Assembly (NCBI RefSeq): GCF_035594765.1
Contig: NC_085846.1
Span: 8,171,190-8,235,189 of the forward strand
From: Anolis carolinensis
Lineage: Eukaryota
Direction: 5' to 3'
DNA length: 64,000 bases
How positions within the stretch are numbered: the stretch's first letter is position 1; the number at the start of each line of letters is the position of its first letter. A program made the translations under genes and the position numbers. Shown here piece after piece: positions 12,200-24,116 of the stretch. A model generated the notes under the pieces. The model ran no database searches. It was not told the DNA's origin and saw only the letters and a program-made list of their open reading frames with translations.

Positions 12200-12932
12200 T
12201 AAGATGGGGAAAATAAACTTAGGGCGGAAAACAACAGTAAAGTGCCAGGACAGATTTCAAATCTTAATAGGAGCCAGGTTGTTAGGGGATTGTCTGATCA
12301 AATGCACATCGGAACATCCATTTTTTAGATCTTTACGGAAGATAGAGCAGGTGGGTGCTAGCCTAATCTCCCCATGAAGGGAATTCCAGAGTCGGGGAGC
12401 CACCACAGAGAAGGCCCCCTCCTGCGTCCTCACCAGCCTTGCTTGTGATGGGGAGGAAGCAAGAGAAGAGCCTCCCCAGGAGATCTTAGAGATCACACAG
12501 GTTCATAGGGGAAGACGCGGTCACGAAGATAGGCTGGTCCCGAACCATTTAGGGCTTTCTAGGTGTTAACCTGCACCTTGAATTGGGACCAGAAACTTAT
12601 CGGCAGCCAGTGGAGCTGTAACTGGCTCCTGTTCAAAGCCTGGCTGCTGATCTTTGAACCAGTTGTAGTTTCCGAGCCGTCTTCAAAGGCAGCCCCATGT
12701 AGAGTACATTACAGTAGTCCAGTCTGGAGGTAACTAAAGCATGGGCCACCTTGGTCAAGTCAGACTTCTTGAGGTACGGTCACAGCTGGTGCACAAGCTT
12801 TAATTGTGCAAAGGCCCTCCCAGCCACTGCCATCACCTGAGCCTCAAGCGTCAGTGCTGAATCTAGGAGGACCCCCAGACTGCGGACCTGTGTCTTCAAG
12901 GGAGTGTAACCACACTGAGCACAGGTTGCCAC
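12200..12932 (-). mobile_element. L2 LINE 3' fragment
   Basis: Collinear with 42160-42830 of the intact L2, with deletions. Confidence 0.85.
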
Positions 12933-14687
12933 AGCAGACACAAGCAGACACAAACGTAATAGAAGCCGAGTGAGAAGCTATGGCAATGGCAGCCTTGAGA
13001 TCTTTCAGGAGCGTAATTGAATATAGGGGAGTGATGTGATGTGGTTGCCTTTCCTCCTCCCTTTCTGTTTACAGAGATGGAGCGAGAATAAAGCCATAAG
13101 CCCATTTAACCCTTTTGTTCTGGCCCAAGCGATGAGGCAGGCGGGGAGGGGATCTTAAGGGGATGGAGAGTGCACCAGGCCTGATCCATTATTCATGACC
13201 GGATGCCTGCAGTTTTCTCGATAATTCATATACACAGAGACGCTCTTGGGCACCTGGTTAACACGGCACGAAGCCAAGAAAACATCTCCGCCGTGGTGAA
13301 AAACTCCATCTCTTCTCCCACTGATGGGTTTCCACTTTCCTTCCAAGTCCTATTGGTTGTCTGTCTTGCCGGTTTTTAATATTCATTATTTTCCCCCTTC
13401 TTATATCCTAATATCCCAGTTTGGGGTTGCCATTTCCAATCTGTTTCAGATCTCACCCGCTGCCCCTTTCCCTGACCAGTGTGAGGCATTTGGCTTTCTG
13501 GCTCTCTCATAATCCATTAGTTCCATTTTCTCTCCTGAATAATTCATCCCTCCCCTTTGGAAATCTCTTTAAACATGTCTTCCTTTTTGGGTACATCGTG
13601 TCCTTGGCACCTGGAAGGGGGTGAGGTGTCCTTTTGCTCAGTGTTAATAAAAGCTCCAGGTTTCTGGACACAAAGACTTTCCCATTTGCTTAGGTCTCGC
13701 CATCTGGCCTTGGTTGCTAATCCCTAGGAGAGCTCTTCCTTGGAGCAGCATCTGGAAGGGCCAGGAGATTTGAAGGAGCAGCTACTCTAATAATTATGGT
13801 AATATCTGAGTCACCTTTGCCTGGACCACATTGAATATGAAGCTAGCAAGCCAGTGAGCTGGGGAGCTATCCAAAAAGGAGTGCAAGGGGTAAACAGCCT
13901 CTTTCCTGAGAGAGACAAGAGAGGAAATATCTAGGATGCATTGACGTGGAAGTATTGCAATCGCCAAATGAGAAGAGGAGGAAGACTCCATGGAGATAGT
14001 CCTCCTGTATAGAGAATGTCTGCATTTCTATTATTATAAGTCAGTCGAGTAGAGTGAAAGGAAATGAGACAAGCAGATAGGAGACCTCACTGACCAAGTA
14101 CTAGAAGGCAGGAGAGCGGAAAAGATAAACGGAGGCCACCCCGTTGGATCAATACAGCCAGACAACAGCACGGATGGAATAGTAATAAAAGACACCGTGT
14201 TTCCAAAAGGCACAGCGACAGAATGAAAAAATAAGACAGAAGGGAGGGGAATCGCCAAAAGGAAAAAAAGACAACGGAGACGTAGAGCAAAAGCTCAGCT
14301 TGGCTGGATCGGCTGATGGAAACCAACACGTTCACTAAGCTGGTGAAGGGACAGCAAGAACAAAAGTGATCCACAGACGAACTCAAAATCCTGCAGACCA
14401 TTTGAAGGGTGGTGCAGACAGAACCATCGGCAGCAATGGTGTGACGAGAGAGACTACCAGACATCCAAAGACTGAGAAGCAGAAGGGGATTGCCAAGGTG
14501 GAGCATCCTTTTCCTCCCCAAATGGAACCATAGGACTCTTCATCCCAGGCAGAAGGAGCAGCTCTGACTGGCAGACAGAAAAATAACTCTTCACTTGATT
14601 CTTTCGGCTGCAGGGTCAGAAGGTGAATCTTGCCCTGCTTGGACTGTGTCAAAATAGCCAAGAGCTACTAAGGACACCAGCTTCTCC

Positions 14688-15140
14688 ATGGCCTGTGCCC
14701 CACCATCACCTCTCACCCCTGGCAATATCCCCCGCAACCTCAGCTACATCGCAGGCCTCTATGAGCGTGCCTACTACCGCACCGCCCGCCCAAGCCTGGC
14801 CGAGGACTCGGGCACCGAAGGCTCTGAATCGGAGTCGGAGGGCAGGCCCCGGAGCCGGCCACGCAGGCGCCGGCACCTCTTTGGGGGCCCCAAGAGGAGG
14901 GGAAGGCGCCGGACCCGCTCGGCCCCAGCCCGGGGCAGGAGCAGGGGGCCCTCACGAAGCCGCAGCCCAGGGACACGCAAGAGGGTCCGCTTCGCCGACT
15001 CCCTGGGCCTCGAGTTGACCAGCGTCCGGCAGTTCTGGCCCAACGATCTTCCACAAGTGCCGGAGCGTGTCCACACCCAGCTGAGGCGGGATTCACTCAG
15101 CCATTTCGCCCCTTGCCTGCCTTTTTGCCCACCAGTAAAG
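14688..15140 (+). CDS. PPP1R3E: PPP1R3E coding exon 1 (PP1 glycogen-targeting subunit)
   Basis: IPRNLSYIAGLYERAYYR N-terminus, RVxF motif KRVRFADSLGLEL, AAG|GTAATG donor, phase 0. Confidence 0.93.
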
Positions 15141-16372
15141 GTAATGGTGTTATCTGGGGGAGGGAGGGATGAATTCGGGATTGCATTGGGAGGTGGTGTA
15201 AATTGAAAAAGAGAGGAGGAAGACCTTTTCCCACAATTTCCAGGCTCCTTCATGGGCCCTACTGTCTTGGATATTCTGGGACATATTACTATATATGTGT
15301 GTGTGGTGTTTCCTTCTTTGGAGGTTTTTAAGCAGAGGCTGAACGGCCATCTGTCAGGAGGGCTTTGATTGTGTGTTCTTGCACTGCAGGGGGCTGGAAT
15401 GGATGACCCTTGGGTCTCTTCCAATGCTATGATTCTATGATTATACATATACACAGATGATTATATAAATTCCTGTTCCAATAGTCTAGAAGCCTTAGTT
15501 CCATATTCATTCATTTGTACAAGACAAAAACTGTCATCTCCAACTGTCCCAATTAGTATTCTGTTGTCCCACTTTTTAGCTGCTCTTAAAATGCCCTAGC
15601 TTCTCTCTCTTCCTTTCACTTCAGTCTTCGTCCTCAGCTTATTTTATCTGCTGCAAAGAGCAAAAGTAGTTTGTGCTTGGTTATCCCAGAAGAAGAAACA
15701 GGAGCGGAGAAGTTAGAATCTTGCCTTTCCTATATGGTTAAGGCAATCGCTTCAGTCTCTCCTAGATTGACTGTTCTTCCCTCCTAACAGGGAAGTTCTA
15801 GTGCTTCCCCAAGCTGCAAATCCTACAATAGCCATGGCATTTAAAGTGGCATCAAAACGCTTTAATTGCACTGTTTGACAGAATAATTTTTATGTGCCTC
15901 TATTGACCACGTGGGGATGCTGTTGTAACCTAGGTTCTGTGAAACCAAAATGAAGACCTTAAGATAATTTCCCAAACTTCTAGGATTTCTGCAGTATTCT
16001 TTTTTGCTCTAGAATGCCCAATGTTGAGTAACATTTCACCAAACCTGTTTTTTTAGACTCAAGTTGACATCCCAGAGATTTCAGGACATTTCAGGATTGA
16101 ATCCATTTTGCATGAATGCAACTGTAAGGATTGCAACCGGTATCCACCAACTTTACTTTAATTGAGAAGATAGGCAAGATCATTCTTATCAAAGGGTCTG
16201 ATATTTCTGCTGTTTAATGCCAAATGCCTTAAATATTTACTAATCTATACCTACATCTGAAATGTTAGCATGTATCAGAAACAAAATTAACTCATAAGAT
16301 ATCCAGTAAACCTGGATCATCCAAATGTCAAAAATGTCAAATGAGATATAAAATGTATAAAAATTTCATATA

Positions 16373-16691
16373 CAGTAGAGTCTCACTTATCCAAGCTAAA
16401 TGGGCCGGCAGAAGCTTGGATAAGCGAATATCTTGTATAATAAGGAGGGATTAAGAAAAAGCCTATTAAACATCAAATTAGGTTATGATTTTACAAATTA
16501 AGTGCCAAAACATCATGCTATACAACAAATTTAACAGAAAAAGTAGTTCAATACGCAGTAATGTTATGTTGTAATTACGGTATTTACGAATTTAGCACCA
16601 AAATATCATGATATATTGAAAACATTGACTACAAAAATGGCTTGGATAATCCAGAAGTTTGGATAAGCGAGGCTTGGATAAGTAAGACTGT
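16373..16691 (-). mobile_element. Tc1/mariner-like MITE in the PPP1R3E intron
   Basis: TIR cagtagagtctcacttatccaa, TA flanks; same family as 8923-9245. Confidence 0.85.
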
Positions 16692-17244
16692 ATAATCCAG
16701 AGTTTTGAAATGTTATTCATTGTGTATTGATTTTACCCCTTATTATCCTACTCCCTTTAGATATTATTATAACCACTGTTTTACTTTTAATAACATTTCT
16801 CTAATTCATAAATGCAACAGATGACATTTGCCCCCATCGTCACTGTGAAAAAGTAATAAGCAAGTCCCAGTCTTTCTGGAAATTGGTCATGGATTTTTCC
16901 TTGATCAGCAGCGTCGGTTTGTCTGTCTCAGCGAAATCTCAGATCTTCATTGGCCATTCTTCTTACATTGGGATAACTGCCATAGTTCCTTTCATTTCTG
17001 TGCATATATGATTCTTGCTACAGTTATCATATACTGCATTGTAGTAATCTTCCATGTTTCTAGGTGGTCATCCAGCATTCCTGAACATTCCTGACTCCAA
17101 CCTTAACATCTTTTGCCATCATATGTATTTGAGTCCAATATTTCTGGGCCCTTTTTGGGCTAGTAAAATTAAAGGAACTTTGCCATTTCTCGCTTAGGGC
17201 CTGTTTTCAAGTTCTGATCCTCTCCCTGTCATTTCTCTTCCCAG

Positions 17245-17724
17245 GATCCTTTGAGCCTTCAGTGCCTGCTAGAACCCACCTTCCTGGATCCCCTAAGCAT
17301 GCCGGATTTCTCCCAACGCCTCCTGGCCCAATGTGTGTTGCTGGAAGGAGCCCGTGCCGAGGGATCCTGTGTATCCGGCACCATCCGGGTGCTCAACTTG
17401 GCCTATGAGAAACGGGTCTCCGTCCGTTACACATGGGACTACTGGGCCACCAAGCATGATGCCCGGGCCTCCTACGCCGCCCCTGCGGGACGGGGCCGAG
17501 ACCATGCCGACCGCTTTGCCTTCCGTTTGCTGCTGCCCGTCCCGCTCCCTCCAGGGGTCTTTCTGGAGTTTGCCCTGTGCTACCTGGTGGGTGGGAAGGA
17601 GTTTTGGGACAACAACGAAGGTCGAAACTATTCCTTCCGTCCCCCACCTTGTGTGGATGAGGAAGAGGAGCCTCCCAGTCCCACTCAGGATTGCTGTGAG
17701 ACGGGATGGATACACTTCCTCTAA
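17245..17724 (+). CDS. PPP1R3E: PPP1R3E coding exon 2 (CBM21 glycogen-binding domain)
   Basis: Pyrimidine tract plus CAG acceptor, in frame. GTIRVLNLAYEKRVSVRY, FWDNNEGRNY and the GWIHFL* terminus are typical of PPP1R3E; total 310 aa. Confidence 0.94.
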   Translation, partial: DPLSLQCLLEPTFLDPLSMPDFSQRLLAQCVLLEGARAEGSCVSGTIRVLNLAYEKRVSVRYTWDYWATKHDARASYAAPAGRGRDHADRFAFRLLLPVPLPPGVFLEFALCYLVGGKEFWDNNEGRNYSFRPPPCVDEEEEPPSPTQDCCETGWIHFL

Positions 17725-18370
17725 GAAGGAAGGAGTGATGTCCATCCACAAAAACACTAAGATGGAGGAGGAAGCCGGGGGAAGGGGGAAGGGACAAGGG
17801 AAGGGGGAAGTTTCCAAAAACTCAAGAATTAAGATGGTGTGATAGCTCTCCTATCCACAGCTTGAACCCTTGGCTTCTATTGGTCACCTTAGGCACATCT
17901 ACAATGCAGAATAAATGTGGCTTGACCCCTTTTGATTGCCATGGCTCAATGCTATCAAATCATGGGAACTGTCATTTTACAAGGTCTTTAGCCTTCTCTG
18001 CAAAATGACATGAGCACCTCACTAAGCTATAACTTCTGTGCTTCCATAGCATTGAGGCATGCCAGTTAGAGTGGTGTCAAACTGCATTATTTCTACAGTG
18101 TAGACACACCCCTTGTCATTTTAGCCTTAAGATCTCTTCCCAGGAACTGACCAGACAAGCAAGATCCACTCTGATAAAGTATGATGGCATCATTGCTGAT
18201 CAATACATCAAATTACCAGGAAACAAAATAGTGAAGATTGATGGTCTGACAAATAAAACAGGCATCTAGCCTTATGTTTGTTAAACACACAGGACACTTG
18301 AAACACTTGTTTCAAACAAAGGATACATTTAGTTTGGAACTGATGCATTCCATCAATTCATTGATGCATT

Positions 18371-18699
18371 GGGTTATTGTGTGTTTTCCAGGCTATATGG
18401 CCATGTTCCAGAAGTATTCTCTCCTGACATTTCGCCCACATCTATGGCAGGCATCCTCAGAGGTTGTGAGATATACCTCACAACCTCTGAAAATGCCTGC
18501 CATAGATGTGGGCGAAATGTCAGGAGAGAATACTTCTATGGCAGGCATCCTCAGAGGTTGTGAGATATACCTCACAACCTCTGAAAATGCCTGCCATAGA
18601 TGTGGGCGAAATGTCAGGAGAGAATACTTCTGGAACGTGGTCATACAGCCCGGAAAACACACAAGCCTGTGATTCTGGCCATGAAAGCCTTCGACAACA
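18371..18699. mobile_element. Penelope-like element end arranged as an inverted repeat with a 94-bp tandem duplication
   Basis: ggccatgttccagaagtattctctcctgac... in both orientations; flanked by cattgatgcatt at 18359-18370 and 18700-18711. Confidence 0.75.
18423..18463 (-). ncRNA. Minimal (Penelope-type) hammerhead ribozyme motif
   Basis: CCU-CUGAGGA-U-GCCUGC(loop)GUGGGC-GAAA-U-GUC-AGG: CUGANGA and GAAA core, stems I and II, GUC cleavage triplet. Activity untested. Confidence 0.6.
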
Positions 18700-20239
18700 C
18701 ATTGATGCATTAGTTATGGAACTGATGCAGCTGACACCACTTGTTAAGTGCCATGGCTCAATGCTTTGGAATCAAGAGAGTTGTAGCTTTACAAATAGTT
18801 TTGCCTGGTACATCTACAAATCTCAGGATTCCATGGCATTGAGCCACAGAAGTTAAAGTGGAATCAAACTAAATTACTTCTACAGTGTAGATGCATCCCA
18901 TTGTTTGCCAGTGAAATGGCAACAGGAAATGGGCATCTAAGTCTCCTGTGGGAGGGAGTTCCATTGGGAGCAGCCACTAAAAAGACCCTCTTGTGCTCAC
19001 AAAATATTTGGCAGGGATAAGTGTTCTATAGCTATCCTGGATCCAAAGGCCCTTCCAGAAAGGCCCTATATGCCAGGATCTGCTCCCAGGTTTTCTGTTT
19101 ATCCCAGGTTATCTGGCAGTGTGCGGACTCATATAATCCAGTTTAAAGTAGAAAACCTGGAATCAGATCCTGGGATATAGGGCCTGTTTGGAAGGGTCCC
19201 AAGTCCCTGTGGTATCTCATTTGTGCCTTAATGTGAAATGGAGTAAGCTAAATGGATAAGGAAGGAAGGAACTAAGACTTTGGTGAAAAGGAAAAACAAT
19301 GTTTTCCACTGCCATTGAGGAGCGGACTTTCTTGTGCCACCGCATCCTCAATCGTACTTAAAAACACAGGTTATCATTTCCGAGAACTCATTTACACATA
19401 TTACCATCGTCCTCTTGCATGAATACATGGGAAACGTGGAATGTATGAATGTGATATGTTTGTATTGATATTTCATCTTACATGTTCTGAACTAGCTGCT
19501 TTTTTCTAATGTTATTCGTATTATTCCTTGCGCATGTTTTCCATCCGGATAGTGTGGGCTGCTTCGTAACTACTTACGAACTAACTATTTTTCCAAATAG
19601 AGAAAGAAAAGAAAAAATAAGAAGAAAGGGGATTTTGTGTGTGAAAATGGATGCGTGGTTTAGCAATCTGTCCCTTGATGTGAAACCAGCGAATGCTTGT
19701 ACCAGGTTAATGCGCAACAATGTCAATGTGCATCAGATGTCTCAGATTTCATATCCCAAAATGTGTTACAGTGGATCTGGGAATTAACAGGTTTAAGACA
19801 TTGTTTTTTTAAAGGGATGATCAGATTATTTCGGAAGACATTTCTAAACTCAGCTTAAGCGGCTGAGGGGGAAAAGGAAAAGTCCTGAGGCTGTTAGGAA
19901 TGGTGGGAATTGAAGTCCAAAACATCTGGACGGCCCAAGTTTGCCCGTGCCTGGTGTAGATGCACCTAAAGTGATGGAATTATGTGATGTTGTTACACCC
20001 TTAGACATTGGGTTTAGACAGATACTGGATATGGTCTAATCTGCATTTGCGCTTCTATGTAACCATGTAATGCCATCCATGAAAGAAAGTTTACATTTAT
20101 GATTGTAACTAATCAATACAGCAGGAAGGATGATTTGTCTGAAAAACCAAAGAAATAAAACAGTGGAGAAAAAAATACCAGACTGAAATGATTTCAACAG
20201 CTAGTTCACCTGACGTATACATACACATATATGTATGTC

Positions 20240-20640
20240 CCCAGGCAGGAAGATGCCAGGCTCTGAAGCTGCCAGGCCATTCAATGCTAATCAAGGTGGC
20301 CAGTTGCAACATTCACACTTGCCTCGAACAGACAACAGTTCTTTCTCCCACCCTGGACATTATTCCACAGATAGATAGATAGATAGATTCGCAGAGTTGG
20401 AAGAGACCTCACGGGCCATCCCGTCCAACCCCCAACCAAGAAGCAGGAAAATCTCATTCAAAGCATATAAGATAGATAGATATCCCACTTGCCTAGTTTT
20501 CATCAAACATCACAACGTCTGAGGATGCCTGCCATAGATGTGGGTGAAACATCAGGAGAGAATGCTTCTGGAACATGGCCATACAGCCCGGAAAACTCAC
20601 AGCAACCCAATGTTTCTAGCCATGAAAGCCTTCAACAGCA
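20240..20640 (+). mobile_element. Penelope-like 3' fragment with hammerhead motif (20516-20556) and a CR1-tail insert
   Basis: ctgaggatgcctgccatagatgtgggtgaaacatcagg...catgaaagccttcaaca. Confidence 0.7.
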
Positions 20641-21424
20641 CATTATACATGCTCTCTTTGCCTCCGTTAACAAAACACCATTTTTAAACATTATTTTATT
20701 AATTATTTGGCACAAACAATGTATGGTAATATAAAATCAGAAAAATATACATTCAAAAATAATGAACCGTGTCTAGATCTGTATTCCAATGGCAACTTGT
20801 GCAAAACAAGTATAACATACTTTACCATTCACTCAAATTCAAGACATTTTCAAAGCAAAATCCATGCAAACAGTTCCTAACTAGAATTATGTGAAAAGCA
20901 GTGAAAGAAAGAGAGGCTTGTGGTACTTTTAAAGATCATTTTAGCAAGACTTGTGGGTTATAATGCACTTCATCAGATGTGCTGACGGGGTGCGCTATTC
21001 CAGCCTCGGGCAGAAAAGAAACAATTGTTATCACAGGCCTTAAACCTTGAAAAAGGATGGTTTAACACAAGCATCCTGACATTTATACAGTAATATACGG
21101 GTCTGCTGAGTTGTTAATTGCCTCTGAAATCGCTGAAGCTTTGAGGCCTGTTCCTGGAGAGATAAGGAAGGCCTGGTGAAAGGAACTTGTGCGAAAGGCA
21201 GAACTGAGATCCTGGGCAAACTGAGGATGACTGAAAGGTATGTGTGGTTGTTTGGATGTGCTGGAGACAAGGAGGAAGGGATGATGGAACATGATTTAGC
21301 AATAATAAGGGTGGGAAGATACGCAAAAAGATGAGAGGGAGGCTGAAGAGTGCATATGTGGAGACAGACTGGAAAGGAGTTGCATAAAACGAAAGATGGA
21401 AAAGGGTAAGAGCAGAGGGAAGAG

Positions 21425-21895
21425 GGGGCCAGGCTGTGGCGCAGGCTGTTGAGCAGCTGCAATAAATCACTCTGACCATGAGGTCATGAGTTCGAGGCCA
21501 GCCCGTGGCGGGGTGAGCACCTGTCAATTAAAAATAAAAAACAGCCCCTGCTCGTTGCTGACCTAGCAACCCGAAAGATAGTTGCATCTATCAAGTAGGA
21601 AATAAGGTACCACTTATAAAAAAAAGTGGGGAGGCAAGTTTAACTAATTTATGACCTGGAATGAGGAAGTGCCGTCAGAGTGGATGATGAAGCAGCTGCT
21701 CCCCCCTGTGGCCAGAATCAAACATCCCCTCAGGAGAAGTTAAATTGCCTCTGCGTCTGTCTGTCTCAGTCTCTGTTTGATGTGTTTATGGGCATTGAAT
21801 GTTAGCCCTGTGTGTATAATGTGATCCGCCCTGAGTCCCCTTCGGGGTGAGAAGGGCGGAATATAAATACTGTAAATAATAATAAATAATAATAA
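21425..21895 (+). mobile_element. tRNA-derived SINE with L2-type tail; an internally deleted copy lies at 26015-26225 (-)
   Basis: A/B boxes (tggcgcagg, gagttcgaggcc); tail gatccgccctgagtccccttcggggtgagaagggcgg...(taaa)n. Confidence 0.8.
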
Positions 21896-22070
21896 AAAAG
21901 TAGAAGAGGCTATAAAAGGCAAAGATGGCAGGAAAGGAAAGGCGGGAGGGAAGAAAGAAGGATGGAAGGATATCTATGGATGGATAGTGGTAGATGAGAC
22001 TGAAAGGCAATTATGGCAAGACAGGAAAGAAGGGAGGATGGATCAAGGTAGAAAAGGCTATAAAACCACG

Positions 22071-23358
22071 GTATACCACGGTATCCTTCTGGGACACCTG
22101 GCAGGAATGGGTCTTGGAGGTACTGTTCGACAGTGGCTCCAATCCTTCCCAGAATGTGTTGTTAGGGGACACCTGCTCGGCCCCAAAGCCATTGTTCTGT
22201 GTGGTCCTGCAGGGTTCAGTACTGTCCCCCATGTTGCTTAACATCTACATGAAGCCGCTGGGAGAGATCATCCAGAGTTTTGGAGTTTAATGTAATCTGT
22301 ATGCAGATGACGTTCAACTCTATCACTCCTTTCAACCTGCTACTAAGGAGGCTGTTCAGGTCCTGAACCAGTGTCTGGCCACTATGACAGTCTGGATTAA
22401 AGTGAACAAATTGAAACTGAATCCAGACAAGATAGGTGTATTCCTGGCCAGTCACAAGACAAAATAGGGGATAGGGTTACAGCCTGTGCTGGACAGGGTC
22501 ACACTCTCCCTGAAGACACAGATTTACAGCTTGGGAATTCTCCTGGACTCATCGCTGAGCATGGAACCCTAGGTTTCGGCAGTGGCCAGGGGAGCATTCA
22601 CACACTTAAAACTTGTGTACCAGCTGCACCCGTACCTTGGGAGGTCAGACTTGGCCAAGGTAGTCCACACTCTGGTTACATCCTGAATAGACTACTGCAA
22701 TGTGCTCTATGTGGGGTTGCCTTTGAAGACTGTTCAGAAGCTTCAAATGGTCTAACAGGTTGCAGCCAGATTGCTCACCAGAGCAGTGTACAGGGAGTAC
22801 ACAACTCCCCTGTTACGTCAACTCCACTGGCTGCCAATCTGCTACCGAGCACAATTCAAAGTGCTGACTTAAGCCTATAAAGCCCTAAACAGTTTTGGCC
22901 CACCTTAACTGTCCGAACATATCTCTCCCTATGAACCATCTCAGAGATTCAGATCATCTGGAGAGGCCCTGCTTTTGGTTCCGCGATTGGTGGGGACGAG
23001 AGACAGGGCCTTCTCAGTGGTGTCCCCTCGGCTATTGAACTCCCCAGTGATATCAGATCAGCCCCCTCCCTCCTGACCATCAGAAAGAGAGTGAAAATGT
23101 AGCTTTGGAATCAAGCCTTCGGATAATAATTGTAGTGCAATAGATAGATATGGAATTATGTGCAATGACTGCTGGAATGGCCCGGATTACGACTGCGGAT
23201 GGCGTGGTTTGAATAGTGAATGTCATGTTTTAAATGTTTTAATGAGTTTCATATTCAATGTAAATGTTTATTTTAATTGTACATGGTTTTTAAGGCATCA
23301 AATAGTTGCCTATGTGTAAAGTGAGTCCCCTTCAGGGGTTGAGAAAGATGGGGTATAA
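22071..23358 (+). mobile_element. Degraded L2 LINE 3' fragment
   Basis: QGSVLSPMLLNIYMKPLGE and LYADD similarity, with stops and frameshifts; L2 tail. Confidence 0.85.
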
Positions 23359-23869
23359 AAAAAAGGTAAAGATTTCCCCTGACATTAAGTCCAGTCATGT
23401 CTGACTCTGGGGGTTGGTGCTCACCTCCATTTCTAAGCTGAAGATCCGGCTTTGTCCATAGACACCTCCAAGGTCATGTGGCTGGCATGACTGCATGGAG
23501 CGGTACCTATTGATCTACTCACATTTGCATGTTTTCAAACTGCTAGGTTGGCAGAAGGAAAAATAAATAAATAACAGGGAAGGATGGAAAGATAAGGCAA
23601 GGAGAGAGGAACAAGAAAGGAAGGACAGAAGAGGCTATGAAAGGCAAGGATGAAAGGAAAGGAAAGGAAGGAAATAGAGGATATAAAGGGCAAGAATGGC
23701 AAGGAGAAAAAGAAAAGAAAGGAAAGGGGAAAAAGAGAGAAATTAAGTGTCTATATTACGATAACAATGCTCAAAGCAATTCTTTCTGTTGGTGCGACTT
23801 CTGTCTCTTGAGGGGAGCAAATGGAATTTGGCAACACGGGAGGGACCCCAAAGCCCAGGCTGCCCCTTC

Positions 23870-24116
23870 CTCCCCGTCCTCTGCCTCTCTCTTTCCCCAC
23901 CTCCAACCCCCTCTCCTCCTCCTCCTCCTCCTCCTCCCTCCATCTCTCCTTCTCTCCCTCCATCCAAATTCCTTTCTCCCCTCCTCTCTTTCTGTTCAGA
24001 TCCCTCCTTCTTTTCCCTCCGACGGAGAAAGAAAGAAAGAAGAAAGAGCGGGGGTGCCTGTGCTCGCTCCGAAGAGACAGACCTCCCACTGCCCTCATTC
24101 CCAAAACTTCCCTCAG
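23870..24116 (+). promoter_or_regulatory. Candidate promoter / non-coding first exon of the TWSG-like gene
   Basis: Long pyrimidine tract, local CpGs, CAG|GTAAAC donor at 24117; the next exon at 26660 starts with an acceptor and 5'UTR. Confidence 0.4.

Noticed and set aside
13800-14680. ORFs upstream of PPP1R3E as a BCL2L2 remnant or N-terminal extension
   Set aside because: No BH motifs, and stops interrupt the frames; more likely 5'UTR or promoter sequence
14623-15454. Alternative-frame and antisense ORFs over PPP1R3E exon 1 (likewise around 17293-17842)
   Set aside because: GC-rich shadows of a well-supported CDS
19314-19352. Small hairpin attgaggagcgg...ccgcatcctcaat
   Set aside because: A 12-bp stem with no family motif; too short for a pre-miRNA and could be chance
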